A stretch of 64,000 bases of DNA. Origin: Seison nebaliae (Eukaryota). This document shows, piece after piece, positions 1 through 12,200 of the stretch; within the stretch, counting starts at the first letter, position 1; every line of letters starts with the position of its first letter. The position numbers and the translations under genes were made by a program. Below the pieces are notes generated by a model. The model was not told where the DNA came from. It saw only the letters and a program-made list of their open reading frames with translations, and did no database searches. The DNA is taken from contig JALJEE010002349.1 of the NCBI GenBank assembly GCA_023231475.1, forward strand, positions 1-64,000. Direction: 5' to 3'.

Positions 1-202
1 CCAAAGTATGAGCCTGGCTAATAGCTTGGCTCGAGCTTTGTATGTATAGGACTCTTATCATGTCTGGATTTTTTTTTTCCATGATGTATAGAGGACTCGA
101 GTTTTTTCACTTTGGACTCACGGATCATAATCACAGCACTAGATATGTCTCGTCTCATATCGAAGTCTCTGCCGATATTATTCAAGAAATGTAGTTAGTG
201 AG

Positions 203-431
203 GAACGACAGACAATTCGGAGACTCGACAATTCGGACATGTGCCAATTCGGACATGCGACAATTCGGAGACCATTTTTAATACTGTAGTGAATAGAAAT
301 ATTACTTACGATAACGTAATGACAAAAGAAGTAAATTGAAAAAAAAGTATTGTCAAATTAGTACGTAATGTCTAATATATATTATGGAAAAAAGTCTCCG
401 AATTGTCGAGTCTCCGAATTGTCTGTCCCCC
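203..431. mobile_element. Non-autonomous Mutator-like MITE (229 bp) with repeat-containing TIRs and a 9-bp target-site duplication
   Basis: Left end gacagacaattcggagactcgacaattcgga is the reverse complement of right end tccgaattgtcgagtctccgaattgtctgtc. Internal gacaattcgga subrepeats are present. Flanked by gttagtgag (194-202) and gttagcgag (432-440), a 9-bp TSD with one mismatch; this length is typical of MULEs. Confidence 0.85.
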
Positions 432-469
432 GTTAGCGAGACGGAAGAATAATTATATCCTACTCACCA

Positions 470-960
470 TTTCATGATCATTGGGCAAATGTTTTATATC
501 GCTAAAAATCTTTCGTTAACTATTTCCTCTTCATACCCAACGAATAATAAACATAAGTTTGCTTTTCTTGTTAGGTAATCAAAGGTTTGGGAATAAGATC
601 TTTTATTCTAAACATCATATCTCTCTCATAAACATTGACTGAATAAGTTGTTTTGATTTAGAAGAATAATAAACAAAACTCTTATCCATCCCCATCTATT
701 TACTCTGTTCCTCTCTAAATAGTTCTCCAGTCGATTAATAGGAACAAACGAACATTTATAATACATTTTTAGATATTTACAGTTCTTTCAAGTTTCAAAT
801 CTCCAAATCGAATCTGGTTTCTGATTCTATATGTTTCGTAAATACAATTCACTCAAATTGGGAAGATATTTTCTTTCGTATCAAACTTTTATTGAATGTG
901 ACTTCGTCAAAACATTTTTTTCCACAAAATGCAGAATATCCACTCAATTGATATGAAAAT
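470..960 (-). pseudogene. Possible decayed LRR-type coding remnant
   Basis: The minus strand gives LRR-like fragments KYLPNLSELYLRNI* and LKEL*ISK, broken by stops and a frameshift. No intact ORF. Confidence 0.25.
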
Positions 961-1146
961 TTGAACAAGCATTAAGAAATACTATATGATAAATTAGAAA
1001 TCATTTTTAATCCGCTCAAAATTAGATATTCGGCACAATGCTTGAAATATGCACAGAAAATAACAATTATCTCTCACCAATTTTTTAAATTTCTATTTTA
1101 TATAAAAAATATTTATTGTTATTTCTCGGTTATCAATGAGGTAGCC

Positions 1147-3206
1147 GGACAGTTCTACTCCTTTCTTAAAATTTCTTTGGACAGTTTTACTCCGTTTTAA
1201 GAAATTACGGACAGTTCTGCTCCATTTTTCTTGTTTTTGGACAGTTCTACTCCTATTTTTTTATAAAATAGGAAATTTCTACTCCTTTTCCTAAAAGTAT
1301 GGACAGTTCTACACCTTTCTCTCAAGAGATTTTTACATAAATCTAATCGCATTCGTTGAATTTTAGAGCCAGTTGTAAGTAAGTTCATAATTTCGTATAA
1401 TTTTTTTCTTAACAGAATGAAAGACATTTTTTTTTAAACGAAATAAACAAAATTAAATTATAAAATCATCGGTCTGCATATATTTGGGAAACACAGTGGA
1501 AAAAAGTGGAAAAATTCCTTCCATCGAAAGTTTTTAACGTCGATATTAAAGTTTCATCCTTCTTAATATCGGTCGCTTTCCTCCTTTCAAAAATAAATGG
1601 TACGGGGGTTTTCATATTTGAAGCATTTAATTAACGCATTTTCAAAAATATTTATTGAACGTCTATTCAGAAGGATTAAGTACCTAGTACTTAAGACCGT
1701 TATTTTTTCCCTCAACTAAATTGTTTGTTCGATGAAGATTGTTAATCGTGCGGTTGAAATTATTCCACAATTTAGGAGGGAATCTTGCATTTTCCAAAAT
1801 ATAATTATCCTCAAAGTACTCATATATTAGTTTTGTTTCTTCTGGTATTTGATTTTTTTAATAATAAAAGCCTGTTCAATGCATTGAATAGGTATGAACG
1901 ATAAATGGATCAATACACGAACTTCCGATTTGAATTGTTTGTCACTGTAATATGGTCCTCCAAAATTAAATTCGTTCAATTTTCGTACCATACTTTGGCA
2001 TAAATGAGAGAAGCATCCGTAGATTTCATCGTTTCGAAATACTTCTTTTATTGCACATATTACTTATTTTTCAAAATCTGGAATGATTCTGGAACGATTC
2101 CAAATTTTTCGATTAAAATCTTAACGATTTCAATATAAATAGATTTTCGTCAATTTTTCATTAAGATCATAAAAACGGTTATCAAACAGTCATTTAATAA
2201 CACACCTAATGGGTATAATTCATAATAATTCTCCGGATATTTCTTAAATGTACCGTCCATAAAGAAACGTTTCTGCTTCAAATGAGTTTGTTCAATTTCG
2301 TTAGAATAATAGTTCGAAAAGAATTCTTTCTTAATTGATTCATCATATAATTTGGTTACTCTTTTCTTATGTAGATACCGACGGAGATTTCTCTTTTCTG
2401 AATTTAAATTGACACTTTAATAATGTCTTTACATAATAATGTTAGTCGACGATTGTCCCAAATTTCATTTGGCCTTACATTTGCCATCGTAAGCTCTTGA
2501 ACAAAAATAATTCACTTTCCCCGACGAATAAGTTTTTCTATAATATAATATGTTATTATCGTAATTAATTGCCCTAATTAATTCGATGTTTCGACTTCTG
2601 TACTCTGAAATCGTGTGAAATCGGCCCATTCTGTACTCTACTGAATGATGTTGTGAGATTAGATGATCTGCGAATTTTAAACGTTCGACAAGGAAGGAAT
2701 TCTGGAGGTGAAAGATATTGTTGCAAATCTTCTTCGTTTTCAATTTTTAACATTGACATCATATTTTCTTGCATGATATTATCGAAATTAAGCTAACTTT
2801 CTAAGAATTTTCAATTTGACAATAATCTATCATTCCATTTTTTTAATAGCCTCATTTTTAGGCATCAGCACAGAAACACTAACATTGTGAATTTAAAATT
2901 GATTAAATTAATAACAAAAAGTAGAGTAGAGGTCTCTTAAACATGTTTTCTTAAAAAAATATAATAAGCAATAGAGCTGGGTAAAAAAATCTCTTGGGAG
3001 AAAGGTGTAGAACTGTCCATAAAATTTCCAAATTGAGTGTAGAACTGTCCACATTTTTAGGAAAGGGAGTAGAAATGTCCTATCTTATAAAAAGCAGGGA
3101 TAGAACTGTCCATAAAGAAAAAAAATGGATTAGAACTACCGTATCCGAAATTTCTTAAAAAGGAGTAGAAGTGTTCATCGAAGTGAAAAAAGGAGTATAA
3201 CTGTCC
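1147..3206 (-). mobile_element. Degenerate Mutator (MULE) DNA transposon with long tandem-repeat TIRs (Phantom/Foldback-like)
   Basis: TIRs at about 1147-1337 (ggacagttctactcc units, ~30-bp spacing) and about 2981-3206 (ggagtagaactgtcc units). Inner ends cacctttctctcaagagattttt and aaaaatctcttgggagaaaggtg are near-complementary. The interior carries transposase remnants. No TSD found. Confidence 0.85.
1690..2620 (-). pseudogene. FLYWCH + MULE DDE transposase pseudogene
   Basis: Minus-strand fragments in the expected order: FLYWCH-like YYRKTYSSGKVNYFCSRAYDGKCKAK; first catalytic D in FFMDGTFKKYPENYYELY (~2250); second D and CxxH in IPDFEK*...IYGCFSHLCQS (~2000-2085); catalytic E in RTNNLVEGKNN (~1700-1730). 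In-frame stops and frameshifts are present. Confidence 0.85.
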
Positions 3207-4211
3207 TCAAATCATCTATGATATTGAAGAAGATATCATATTTGAAATTTATTAATTATCCAATCTTTCTTCTTTAATTTTGAGTAAAGAGAAGAAAAAC
3301 GGTTTATGAAAAATGCTCAATAATTATGTAGTTAAGAAAAATGTTTTCTTTAGGAATTGCGACATCTATTTTGCGACATCTTGAAAAGACCTATTCAACG
3401 GTATGTTCCTTTATAGATATAACATAAGAAAGTTACTGAAAAAGCAAAAATGAGTTCAAAGTGCAATTACTTTTCCTGTTTGACGAAAAGTTGAAGGAAA
3501 AATGGTGTTGAATCCATATCGATTCAAAATTGCTTAAATATGGATTGGAAGAGTATTGTATGCATAAAATATAAAAAAAATTGCTATTTAACATTTCCTG
3601 AAGAATTAGAACAATTCATCATCATACTCACTGATTCTACATCTAGTTTACATCTTCCGAATATGTAAAATGATTTATTCCCACTTAAAATTCACCGTTA
3701 AATCTGGTTAATTTATTCCGGAAGAAAATGAGGGTTTTCCCATGGAAATACCGATGAATGTGACACATCAATCTGTCCACTTCTATTCACACGAAAACAA
3801 TATTAGTACAAAATTAGGTTTTTATTCAATTCCACTACTTCACTCCAGTGAATGAAAAAAGAAATTTGTTCTATTAAAGAAAACATGTATCGTCCATGAA
3901 AATGTTTAGTGTCGTTGAAATATGACGAATACAATGATTAGTGGAAAAATGTTATTTTGAGTAGAATAATTAAATTAGCAAAAGAAATTATTCGTTGTAA
4001 ATGTCAAAAGAAAGATAATATTATAATTAGAGAGAATTGGTATTTAGCGAGATCGTTATAGATGCGGATGAATGAGAACGAATGATGCACTATTTCTTCT
4101 TCTAATAATAAGAATAATAAGATTCATGTATTATTAAAGGACTACTATAGTGAAGGACATGAGAGGAAAGACAAAGAGGAAGTATTCAATCGAGAAGGAA
4201 AGAAATCATTT

Positions 4212-7143
4212 TTATAATCGAAGCAATTCAAGAATCTCTTTTGGCTTCTTCTCATCTCCGAAAGTATGAGAGAAAACATTTAATTGATTGATGAAATCAA
4301 ATGGTTTCTCTTCCACTTCGCCCAATGTGAAAGGAACCTTCAATCCGTCTTCATCTTTTTTCGCACCATTCTCATTCACATCACTGAATACATTCACATT
4401 AATTCGTGGCATCCATTTCTCGTTGACGATATATTTATATGCATATTGTCCAGGTACTGACAGATACATACTAATCTTCCATAAATTTTTACTTTCGTCC
4501 CATTTCATGAAATATTTCCTCTCCCAATCATCCCATGATCCACATAATTGAACAATTCCATCCTGATAATTCCATCAGACAACAAATCGACAATTTCCCA
4601 AAATTTCAATTTAATTAATTGAAAAAATTAATTGAATAAATTATTAAAAGAAAAAGCAATTAGGACTAAGGGAAAATGAAAGAAGGAAACTTTATCGGGA
4701 TTCGTATCACTATCTTTGAAATTGAAGATGACATCAACGATAGACACGGCATGAAAACCAGTCATAGATGTCAGACCATTGGAACACGATCGATCCACAA
4801 CGATTTCTTCGTAACAATCGCTGTAGGCAGTGAATGAATTGCCTTCATTAATTTGAGTTCTTTTCTCTTCGATGGTTGACGAGTCGTTTCGATTTTGTTC
4901 CGTTAATAATTGTTCGATGGATGTGCCATCATTCATCAATTTCCCAGCGATACTATCATTCGTACTTGACGATAAAACATCTCCAGCAATACTTGTACTA
5001 ATATCTCCACTACGAACGAAATTCGAGAGACTTTTGTCTCGTCTACTCAATTGTTTATTTCGTTGACGATTATCAGTAGAAGAGATGGATGTAGTTGATG
5101 GAATTGTTTTAGATGACAATTCTTTTTCTTCTTTCAATCCTTTCGATAACGATAACGAATCGAGTGATGGTAATAATTCATTGAATCGATCCATTCGCTT
5201 CGATTGTTTCGCTTTATATTCTTCAATAATCTTCTGCGCATTATCCGTTTTCGTTGGTTCACCTCTCAATTTGGAATTGATGAGATCATTCCCTTCCAAT
5301 TCCTCTTTGTGTCCATCACCAGTGATTTGTGTGAACATTTCATCCAATTTCTTCTTCATATCTTGATTATCATTTTTCAATTCACACACGAAATTTGTAG
5401 CGAGAGATCTCATTTGTTCTTTGGCGTCCAACAAAACTTTTTGAATCTCTTCTCCATTTTGTTCAATTCGAATTTCTTCTTCTTCTCTCACAGACATTCT
5501 ATCAAAGGTTTTGATGAAACTCGCCTGTCGTACGTTTCCTATCTCTATTATCAGATATTTATTCTCTCTAGTCTCCTCAATAGAATTTGAATGAAGAAGA
5601 AAAAAAGAATTGTAACGACGTCCAATCTTATTCAAACTTTACGCTTCAAAAGAATTAACAAGAAATAGTTTAAAAAAGTGTGTTAAGGAATTACACTCCC
5701 TCTATCTCGGCAACTGCACCAAAAAACAAAAGAAGATTTTTTTTTAAAATTATTTCACGTTCTTTGAGAAGATGATGACGATCTATTCTTCATTTTCGAT
5801 TTCTTCGTAACAATATTGGAAATGGTCGATGAGAAATGTCCTCTCACCACATTCATAGACATTCCTGGTGTTAAAGTTTTCAACGACGAATCTGTTGATA
5901 TCGATGGTGCTGATACAGTGCTCGAAGTGATTTTTCCTTGGAATAAATCGTTCGATTTCTTATTTAAAAAATATTGAAGATCGCTCAAATATTTCATTTT
6001 CTCATTCATCTTCTTTCGTTGTTCGTATATCGAAGTGTCATTCATTCCTCCTCCTCGAGAGCCCGACATATACATCTTCCAATTATTATGATTGTTCTGA
6101 TTCACTTCCACCAACTCTATATTCCGAAAATACATGTTCATCCAATACTAAAAAGAAATTGAATTCCCTACCAAATCTTTCTCTTCCTAACATCTTTCGG
6201 TGCTCGATATGGATTCAGTGCATATAAATGGAAATTATCTTTATCTACTTTCCATTCCTTACCAGGATATCTCACATATCCCGTTTTCGTCGTCTCATCA
6301 AACTGATATTCCACATCAGCTGGAATGGTAAACGGAAAGGCTGAACATTCATTATTATTCGACAACGGAAATAATTAGAAGAAACCTTTTCGATATTTAA
6401 TGTAATATTCATAATCCTTCGTAGTCGAATTGGCAGTCAATCCTCTGTGTTCGGGGAAATCGAATTAGAAATTTCAACGAAAAAGAATTTTAAGTTTTAA
6501 AATGGATAAATTTAAAAATGCCAAAACAATTTAGTTAAAAATTGAAAAATTCCATAAAAATAAATTGAAAATTGAAAAATTTCATAAAAATAAATTGAAA
6601 ATTGAAAAATTGCAATAAAAATAAATTGAAAATTGAAAAATTGCATAAAAATAAATTGAAAATTGAAAAATTCTATAAAAATAAATTGAAAATTGAAAAA
6701 TTCCATAAAAATAAATTGAAAATTGAAAAATTCCAAAACAATTTAATTCAAAATTGAAAAAGTCCATAAAAATAAACTGAAAATTGAACAAATTCAATGA
6801 AATTAAATTGGAACATTTTTTAAAGTTAAAGAAAAAATTAAAAAATTATTTAGTTATGGAGAATATTGGCAGGAGAAATATTAGAAGACTAATAACCTGG
6901 ATGGTCGTTGTCCAGTAGTTAAACGGTCCATAATCTTATCTACAGCTTCTCGACGTCGTTCTTCAGAACTTGATAATTCAGTAACTGATTATGACAAAGT
7001 TAAATTAAATGTGGAAACCGTCTGTTGAGCACGGTGAGGACGATGAGAAAGATTAATGCGACAAAAGCAGTTAAGGAAATTATTCCCGTGACTATGATGA
7101 CTGCTGTCTTATTATTATTTGTTAATTCAGTTAATGCTCCCAT
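4212..7143 (-). CDS. Multi-exon protein with a central coiled-coil/low-complexity region and a C-terminal AMPK-beta-type glycogen-binding domain (CBM48); 5' exon structure uncertain
   Basis: Splicing ..DTNPDK|gtt..cag|DGIVQLCGSWDDWERKYFMKWDESKNLWKISMYLSVPGQYAYKYIVNEKW rebuilds a CBM48 (GSxxxW, YKY, W motifs). Upstream ORFs 4628-5635, 5755-6141 and 6168-6365 can be joined by short introns. Candidate start MGALTE at 7143. Confidence 0.65.
6527..6810. repeat. 30-bp minisatellite (about 9 copies) inside an intron of the CBM48 gene
   Basis: Unit aaaataaattgaaaattgaaaaattccata repeated with few substitutions. It produces the spurious FFNFQFIF ORFs. Confidence 0.95.
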
Positions 7144-7362
7144 ATCTCATTGACATTAGTTATGGTATAATAAAAAATATGAAGATTCAATCGAAGACAA
7201 CGTTTAATAAAAAAAAACTGAAGGAAAAAAAGAGAAAAGAAAAAAGAAATTCAAATAAAAACTGAAACAGCTTCTTTAGTTCTTTTACATTTAATTTCCC
7301 AATTGCTCAATACATTTCTATCTCAGTTTCTCTCCCTTCTCTCATCTTCCTCTTTCCCTCAT

Positions 7363-8610
7363 TTATCCATGAACTTCTCCAGCTTTTCCCGAAACCTTCA
7401 AACAGACATGAAAAGATAATTAAATCTTCATTAAATTAATTAAAAATTTAACTCTTTTAAAATCATTCATATTCGTCGTTTCGACTGTCGTTCCAAATAA
7501 AGTCAATTCATCAATTTGTGTCTCATCTGAATCATCTAAATTATCTTGGATGAAAATCTGAAGAAATTTTATATATTTCCAAATATATTCAAATTCAAAC
7601 AGTGATACTATTGACTCGTTGAAATTTGACAAATTTCACCAAAATTAATTCGTCTTCAAACGATTCTTTCGTTAATCTATTCAAATTAATTAATTCAATT
7701 CTATTAAATGAAAAAATTGGATAACGTAAATTCTTGAACACATTTATTATTTTCAGCGTCATCGAAACTTAAAGTTTTTAATTGATTTAAGAAGATTTTT
7801 ATAGTTTTCGGACCATTAGCTAGAGAGGAAGAAGAAATTGAATATTTTAAAAAATTTTTTTAAAGGAAACTCGATGGAGCATTAATTTTGAAGGAATGTA
7901 ATTTGACTGCTTGTGTAAATGACAATGTCAATAAGAGCTACAAAAAGAAGATAATATATAAGATATATAAAGAATAGAAAAAACTTGATTGTCACAATCG
8001 GAGACGAGAGATTCATTTTTATTGAAAAGACATTTCCAATTCTTTTCATCTTTCTCATTCAAACATTCACTTCTTGTCTTATCAATATATGGCATTAAAT
8101 CAATCTATCATTCTTAAATATGAAATGGAAAAGTGGAAAAATTATAAGGAACTTGTCCAGCTATTGCAGCGGCGGCACCGGCTTTCCCTGCTATTAATGG
8201 ATCTCGTTTCTTTTTCGATTCACTTTCCGTATTTAACCATTTTTTCAGACGTTCCTCCAAATCCGGTTTTACACCAGCAACCTCTTCTAATAATTTCCCG
8301 TCTCTTATAAATATGATAGTTGGCAATGCTTTCACACTGAATTGTTGAGCGACTTCCTATTTTCATAAAAATTTTTATAAAAATTTCATCGACAAATTAT
8401 AGTCTCATTACTAACAGCTGTCTCGTCGACGTCGAGTTTGAGGAAAGTTGCTTCCGAATATTTAGTCGCCATATTCTGCATTATTGGTGAGAGAATTTTA
8501 CAAGGACCACACCACGAAGCAGAAAAATAAGCGACAACTAAACGATTACCTGCAGCGACCAATTCCAAAGGAAATTGCTCATCAGTCTCAATATACTTCA
8601 ATTGACTCAT
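7363..8610 (-). CDS. TXNL1: Thioredoxin-like protein 1 (thioredoxin + PITH domain), 8 exons
   Basis: WCGPC active site. The spliced PITH domain reads DLMPYIDKTRSECLNE..LVSDCDNQLLLTLSFTQAVKLHSFKINAP..GPKTIKIFLNQ..LSFDDAE..VKFVKFQRVNSITIFIQDN..TTNMNDFKRVSGKAGEVHG*, matching the TXNL1 C-terminus. Seven introns, all GTT-AG. Confidence 0.95.
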
Positions 8611-9291
8611 TTCGTGAAGAAAATATTAGAATGTTAGGTGGAAAATTTAGGTTCTTTCATTCACACTATGATCTGTGGGAGAATTTAAAATGAAAATTTA
8701 AATATTTAAAAAATTTAAAAAAAAATTTAAATCTTAAGCTTTTAAATCAACAATTTTTTGGATTACTCTCATTCTTTTTTTTACATATTCATTCATTTTT
8801 AGTATTCGTATGACAAGTTTGATATTTGTAAGAATTCTCTTATTCCATTACACTCCTTCATTTTAATTATATTTTCTACATTCTTTTCTCTCTGATCAAT
8901 GTAATGTGGAAATGTTATTGTTTCGAGAATGTTCACCAATCCCGTTCCATTTGAAACAGGAAGAGGTGAAATGTGTCAATGGGAACCTGTTGTTGTTTGG
9001 AGATTTAAAAGACGAATGAAAATGATATATTATATTTCATTTTTTTTCCCATCGTCCCATAGTGGAGTGAGGAAGTTATGTATAACATTTTGAAAAGTTA
9101 AGCATAAATATCCATAGAGATTGAGACAGCTTAATCCGGTTCCTGGACCATTGCTTTTCCTAACACAAATTTTTTTTTCGTCCAAAATAATTAATATTTC
9201 TTTTTTCCTGCAAATAATTCATTTGAACAAAATTAGATTTTCTGTTCGATAATTATTAAATCTATCGATTTCGATTTGTTCCAGTGAAATT
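8611..9291. promoter_or_regulatory. Short divergent intergenic region between TXNL1 and XPO1 (probable bidirectional promoter plus 5' UTRs)
   Basis: Head-to-head start codons about 680 bp apart. No specific motif identified. Confidence 0.4.
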
Positions 9292-12200
9292 ATGGTGATT
9301 GACAATGGAACTAATAATTCCTCATCAGTTCAACCATCTCAGATGAGTAATGAAGCTGAGAATATTAAAAATAAATTATTATCTCAAGATCATCCAGATA
9401 TCGATCTGTTGGACAAGATTACTGACACGATGTTGAACGGTAGTGGAGAAGATCAGAAGAAGGCGGAACAGATCCTCAAATTAGTGAAAGAAGATAATGA
9501 TTCTTGGCTTCAAGTGGATTGGATATTGTCCAATTCAAGAAATAATGGCACGAAATATTTCGCTTTACAAATTCTAGAAGAATTAATTAAGGTTCGTTGG
9601 AAGATTTTGCAACCTCATCAAGCCCAATCCATCAAGACATATATTGTCGATCAAATTTTGACTTGTTCCAAAAACGAGAAATTACTCGACGATAATCGAA
9701 CTTTAGTGAATAAATTAAATTTGATTTTAATTCAAATTCTCAAACACGATTGGCCAGAGAAATGGGAGAATTTCATCGGTGAATTGATCGGTTCATGTCA
9801 TTCCTCCGAAACGGTTTGTGAGAATAATATGGAAATTTTCTCATTGTTATCGGAAGAGATTTTCGATTTCTCCTCCGAATCCATGACACAATTCAAAGCG
9901 AAACATCTGAAAGAATCGATGTGTCATGATTTCCAAAAAGTTTTCGAATTATGTCAAACGATTTTAGATCGTTCCTCAAATGTTCAATTGATCAAAGTGA
10001 CATTGAAAGCGTTATTGAATTTCCTCATTTGGATTCCCGTCGGTTATATTTACGAGACGGAATTAGCCGATAAATTGATCACTCGATTTTTACCAGCCGA
10101 TATATTCCGTAATTTGACGATGAGTTGTCTTACGGAAATTATGGGAATAGAATCGATTTATACACAACAATATTTGGTCGTTTTCAAAAAGATGATTCAA
10201 TTCCTTCAAGGATCATTCGAATTGAATGAACGTGATTTAGGTCAATTGAAAAAAGTTTATGAATCAGGAAATGAAACTCAACAACCATTCATTCTTCAAT
10301 TAGCCTTATTTTTAACGACATCATTAGGTAAACATTTCGATGATTGGAATAATTTGATTGATACACCTGATTCTGTACCAGCTCCATATATTCAATCAGG
10401 TGACACAATTCTCGCCTCAAAACATGACGACATTCACGATTATATGATTTATGCATTTAAATTATTATTACGAATCTCTTATATCGAAGATAATGAGATT
10501 TTTAAAATTTGTCTCGAATTTTGGAATCAAATTTTCCTCAAATTTTTTCGTATAACTCAAAAATCACCATGGAATACAAATAAACCGTTATATTCTCCAA
10601 TGGTTGATGTTTTCAATCGGATTAAAGGAAAAAATATGGCACCGATGCCACAAACCGTTTCTCGATATCGTCAAATTATCGATCAAGCGAGAAGATTAAT
10701 GATTGAGAACATGTACAAACCGGAGGAGGTTTTAGTTGTAGAGAATGAAGATGGTGTTCCTGTACGAGAAGTGATGAGAGATACGATCTCTGTCAATATT
10801 TATAATTCGATGAAGGAGACTTTAGTTTATTCGACGAATTTAGATGTGGTTGAAACGGAAATGTTGATGTTGGAAAAAATGAGTAAACAAGTCAATGGAA
10901 GTGAATGGTCATGGAAAAATTTGAATCGATTATGTTGGGCGATTGGTTCAATTTCAGGAGCGATGGCAGAAGAAGATGAGAAACGTTTCCTCGTTTCAGT
11001 CATTAAAGATTTATTGGGATTATGTGAATTGAAGAGAGGAAAAGAGAATAAAGCAATTATCGCCTCTAATATTATGTATGTGGTGGGACAATATCCAAGA
11101 TTTCTTCGGGCACATTGGAAATTCCTGAAAACGGTAGTGACGAAATTATTCGAATTTATGCACGAATCACATGAAGGAGTGAAAGATATGGCGTGTGATA
11201 CATTTTTGAAAATTTCGATGAAATGTAAAAAAAATTTTGTTATCGTACAACCTGGTGATCTTCGACCATATGTGTATGATGTGGTGGAAACGATGAAAGT
11301 AGTGACGAAAGATTTGGAATTAGAACAATTACAAACATTTTATGAAGCAGTCGCTTATATGATTGGAGCAGATATTGAATCACCAGATATTATCGTACAA
11401 TTATTTCTCGAATCGACAAATATCGAATTGACGAGAATGGTAGAAATGATAATGAGAAATTCGAGAGATTTATTAGATTTCAACGTTCTCACTAATCTCA
11501 TTCATATCATTAAGATTAATGTGAATACAACGAAAGGAATGGGTCAAATTTATTATTTACAATTTCGATCAATTTATAAAAAATTAATTGTGTTATATTC
11601 TAAACTTTGTGAATTCCTTCATAGTCATGCTGTCGTTATGAACGGTCCGAAACCATCAACAGAAGATGAAAATTCTTTATATCTCTACAATCTCCATTCC
11701 GACATCCTTCAACGAACACGAACATTAAGACGATTAATTTTACATACAGTCAATATTTGGTTGCCAAAAGTGCCCAGAGATTCAAATATTAATCAATTGA
11801 CAGATATAATGAATGAAATTTTTGATACTATTCTCGCATATTATAAAGAATCAGATCCCGTAGCTAAAGATGCGGAAGTGTTAGATACTCTTCGCATCTG
11901 TATCATTGTGTGGGGAAATCAAATGGAAGCGAAAATTTCGCAATTTATGGATCATGTATTCGAACCCACCATCAATATGATTTCGAAAAATTATCATGAA
12001 TGGCCAGATCATCGATCGAAGTTTTATGCATTTTTAGCAGCTACCGTCAAAGATTGTTTCCAAGGACTACTTCAATTCTCTGATGAACAATTGTCATTAT
12101 TACTCGATACCATCAGTTGGGCGTTAAAACATACAAATCGAGAAATTGGCGATTTGGGATTGGATATTTTACAGAAATTACTCCATCATTTCATCCAATG

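Noticed and set aside
1..141. Possible hAT-like transposon end (..atcacagcacta) with ggactc subrepeats
   Set aside because: The partner end and TSD would lie outside the window, so it cannot be supported.
1147..1337. Regularly spaced ~15-bp repeats resembling a CRISPR array
   Set aside because: Eukaryotic context, spacers too short and AT-rich, mirrored in inverted orientation at 2981-3206, and no cas genes. These are transposon TIR subrepeats.
6512..6797. ORFs with FFNFQFIF / IFQFSIYF repeats
   Set aside because: Translation artefacts of the intronic 30-bp minisatellite.
6989..6991. In-frame TAA between MGALTE.. and ..TELSSSEERRR, suggesting readthrough or a variant genetic code
   Set aside because: It can be removed by a short phase-1 intron ending at aatcag, and all conserved genes here translate with the standard code and normal stops.
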